In this document: one piece after another, positions 61,401-64,000 of the stretch | Layout of the letters: each line of letters opens with the position of its first letter | Position numbering within the stretch: position 1 is the stretch's first letter | Origin: a bacterium | GTDB taxonomy: Bacteria; SAR324; NAC60-12 | NCBI GenBank assembly: GCA_965205865.1 | Contig: CBDBHR010000027.1 | Coordinates: forward strand, 96,001-160,000 | DNA length: 64,000 nucleotides | Reading direction: 5' to 3' | Program-made: the position numbers and the translations under genes | Notes under the pieces: model-generated | Database searches by the model: none | Seen by the model: the letters and a program-made list of their open reading frames with translations, nothing else | What the model was told of the DNA's origin: nothing

Positions 61401-62241
61401 GAGCTTTCCGGCATGACTGAATGAGGGCAGCAAGACAGGCGGTACATTGTTTTTCTTCGATTTTTCCCACTTCCTTTCGTCCATAACGGACTTTTTCGAA
61501 GAGATGAGTCAGGTTTCGGACATGTTCTTGCGGAACCGCATAGTTGGACAATAAAGTCTCAAATTCTCTCGGAGTCATAATCGCAGCACGTTTGATTTGT
61601 TGATATCGATCCAGAATTTCCCCCATTTCCGCATAGCAGCGGATGATGACGTTTTTTAGATCCATACCGGACCGAACTTGTTCCAGCGCTTCCTCAGCTT
61701 TGATGCAAACCTCCTCGAGAGGAGAAGGCGCCGTGTTTGTACGGAGAAATTTAAATAGCCAGGCAACTCCTGCTATCAATCCCAGTACCAAGATTAAACT
61801 GATCAGGTAAACGAATGCATCCGAAGGTTCGACGGGCAGGGGCAAATTTATATGAGATTTTGAAGCGTTTTCATTTGCGGGTAAAGTTCCATCGGAAGAA
61901 TGCCAAAGTTCGTGGAGACGGTGGATTAATATACTGATCAGGATATAAAAACTAATCAATTGTATGGCAGCTTTAAGAATGATTCTCCAAACACGGGGAA
62001 CGACCGCCAGAAATATAAGCAAAATGACTAAAACAATACATGTAATCAGAAGGGAGGATTTGAAGAAAAATTGAGTTTTTTCTCCTGGAATCCGCGAAGC
62101 CAATTGAAAATCGAATAGGTGAAAAAAATAACCCGACTCGAATTGAACTTTCTCAATACCGGCGATCAAAATCAAAAGGGCAATGAGCAGCAACCCAAAA
62201 AGTAAAGTTCCCAAAACTCTTCTTATTTTCGAATCCTGCAT
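61378..62241 (-). CDS. DUF4129-domain membrane protein
   Basis: IIRCYAEM..TPREF..LTHLFEKVRYG motif. Confidence 0.85.
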   Translation of the reverse strand: MQDSKIRRVLGTLLFGLLLIALLILIAGIEKVQFESGYFFHLFDFQLASRIPGEKTQFFFKSSLLITCIVLVILLIFLAVVPRVWRIILKAAIQLISFYILISILIHRLHELWHSSDGTLPANENASKSHINLPLPVEPSDAFVYLISLILVLGLIAGVAWLFKFLRTNTAPSPLEEVCIKAEEALEQVRSGMDLKNVIIRCYAEMGEILDRYQQIKRAAIMTPREFETLLSNYAVPQEHVRNLTHLFEKVRYGRKEVGKIEEKQCTACLAALIQSCRKAHEETQSS

Positions 62242-62274
62242 GCGGATCTCAACCCGATTTGTATTTTGTTCTTT

Positions 62275-63066
62275 TCATCTTTTTTCAGCAGCATTTTGCA
62301 AGGCCCATTTGATTTGGGGTACCACACCACGAAGTAATGCCATTTCCGAAGCAGAAGGGCTGGAACGATAAAGAAGTTGTCTGAATTTTGTCATACAACT
62401 GGTTTGGGATTGAGGGTGTAAATATCCCACTTCCCTCAGTAAAGACGCCAATTGCTCCAGGTAGCTTTCCATGGCATCCAGAGAAGCAGGCTCTTCCGAA
62501 GGAATCCGTTCAGAATTGCCAGGTTGTTGGCGAAATAGTTCATAGCAACAAAGCGCAACTGCTTGAGCAAGATTGAGGGTCGGATACTTCGGGTGGGAAG
62601 GAATTTTCATCCATTGTTGGGACCATTGGAGTTCTTGATTACTCAGCCCACGTTCTTCGTTGCCAAAAAGCAAGGCAGCAGATTTTTTTGTTTCCAATAA
62701 CCAGGGAATCGCTTTTTCCGGGGTCTGCAAAGGACGAGAAATCACCCTCTCCCGGGTCGTGGTTGCCACGGCGCGTGAAAATCCCTTCAACGCTTCAGCC
62801 AGAGAGGAAACAATCCGTCCTTCTTCCAGGATGTCCTTGGCATGGACTGCCATTTTCAAAGCGTCATTGCAAAAAGGATCGCATCGAGGGTTGACCAACA
62901 CCAGTTTGCGCAATCCAAAATTTTTCATGGCGCGGGCGACGGACCCGACGTTCAAGGGGCCTTCTGGCTCTACAAGAACGATTTGCAGCTGCTCCAATTC
63001 CATTTTTTCCGCCATAACAGTCATCTTATCAATAGCATTCAGAAATACGTTGTTAGTATGTCTCAT
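62275..63066 (-). CDS. trmJ: TrmJ/LasT-family SPOUT RNA methyltransferase (start uncertain)
   Basis: NVGSVARAMKNFG, LFGNEERGLSN and LNLAQAV motifs. Confidence 0.88.
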   Translation of the reverse strand: MRHTNNVFLNAIDKMTVMAEKMELEQLQIVLVEPEGPLNVGSVARAMKNFGLRKLVLVNPRCDPFCNDALKMAVHAKDILEEGRIVSSLAEALKGFSRAVATTTRERVISRPLQTPEKAIPWLLETKKSAALLFGNEERGLSNQELQWSQQWMKIPSHPKYPTLNLAQAVALCCYELFRQQPGNSERIPSEEPASLDAMESYLEQLASLLREVGYLHPQSQTSCMTKFRQLLYRSSPSASEMALLRGVVPQIKWALQNAAEKR

Positions 63067-63155
63067 GGCAATAGGGGTTTGAGTACAAATAGAACTCCCT
63101 TTTTACTCAGTGTCTCATTTGGAAGCGAAAATTGGATTCGATGATGCATCTCCGG

Positions 63156-64000
63156 TTACTGTGAAAGGACTGGGGTCGGATCAATGGGTTCCGGCAAAGA
63201 AGGAGAGGTCCACATCGAATAACCCAATACCGGGGAGGCGACTGGAAAAAGCAATCGTTTTTCCACACCTACGTTGCTTGATTTAAGAATAGGATCGATG
63301 TTTTGATTGTAGCGTTGCAAATAACGTCGCGCTTCCTGGGGTTTGTCGAGTTGATACGCAATATAAACCATGCGATCAAGTAAAACTGTCTGCAAGGGAT
63401 GTTTCTGCTCCAATGCCTCCAAAATGACATCATAAGCCTGCTCCCATTTTTGTTCCGTCAAATAGGATGCGCTAAGGGCCACGATTAGATAAACGTTTTG
63501 GGGAAAGACTTCTAAACCCGCCAAGTAAGTTTCTTGAGCCGCTTTTTCATCACCTTGATATCGATAGAACTCTCCCACCAGATGGTGGATGAAGCCTTTT
63601 CCTTTTTGTTGTTGCAAAAAGGGCTGTACGACTGTGATCGCTTCTTCTAGTCTGCCAAGGCGGTGCAGTGTCGCTGCATGCAGATAAACACTCTCCCAGT
63701 CGCTTGGATATTTTTGGATCAAGGGAGTCGTAATGGGCAGGACCGATTGATATTTTTGTTGAAAATAGTAGACGCGACCCAGGGAGAAACGCAGAATGTC
63801 GTGATCTGCGATAACCTGAATTTGGCGGATGAGATTTTCTGCTTGTTCGTAGTTTCCCTGAAGAGTGAGCAGGTCGGACTGCAGTCTCAAGACTTCAGGA
63901 TCAAGCAGTTTTTTTCCCAATAGTCCTTTCAATTGTTGTTCGACTTCCTCCAGTTCGCCCTGCATCAATTTTCGACGAAGTTTCAAGAGTTGATAGGATT
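63156..64000 (-). CDS. TPR-repeat protein (5' end outside the window)
   Basis: Repeated helical TPR-like motifs; frame is open to the window edge. Confidence 0.75.
   Translation of the reverse strand, partial: SYQLLKLRRKLMQGELEEVEQQLKGLLGKKLLDPEVLRLQSDLLTLQGNYEQAENLIRQIQVIADHDILRFSLGRVYYFQQKYQSVLPITTPLIQKYPSDWESVYLHAATLHRLGRLEEAITVVQPFLQQQKGKGFIHHLVGEFYRYQGDEKAAQETYLAGLEVFPQNVYLIVALSASYLTEQKWEQAYDVILEALEQKHPLQTVLLDRMVYIAYQLDKPQEARRYLQRYNQNIDPILKSSNVGVEKRLLFPVASPVLGYSMWTSPSLPEPIDPTPVLSQ

Overview
64 kb of a bacterial chromosome. The gene content is compatible with a deltaproteobacterium-like lineage such as SAR324, but that is inference and was not verified. Housekeeping blocks sit at both ends: aat, asnS, thrS, gatA and dut on the left, and a complete A-type cytochrome c oxidase/heme biosynthesis cluster plus trmJ on the right. 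Between them is an accessory region (about 12-52 kb) that is rich in mobile elements and partly decayed. It holds three paralogous family-5 ABC substrate-binding protein genes (one split by IS630, one frameshifted), an MMPL transporter, a molybdoenzyme subunit, an amidase, a dpp-like operon, toxin-antitoxin modules, an ISNCY remnant and several MITE/REP families. It also holds a defence island: an ABC-type ATPase with a PD-(D/E)xK partner, an XamI-like pseudogene, a disrupted dual-RxxxxH gene and a Type IIG R-M enzyme. Four observations stand out. (1) A minimal GIY-YIG nuclease gene is bracketed by 29-bp inverted palindromes whose gene-less dimers recur through the window, resembling RAYT/REPIN systems but with a different enzyme. 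(2) These palindromes expand inside a MITE by nested steps of exactly 22 bp. (3) A gene with two HEPN-like motifs can be reconstructed directly upstream of a restriction endonuclease. (4) A duplicated, structured 440-bp leader precedes two SBP genes. No rRNA, tRNA or CRISPR array was seen.
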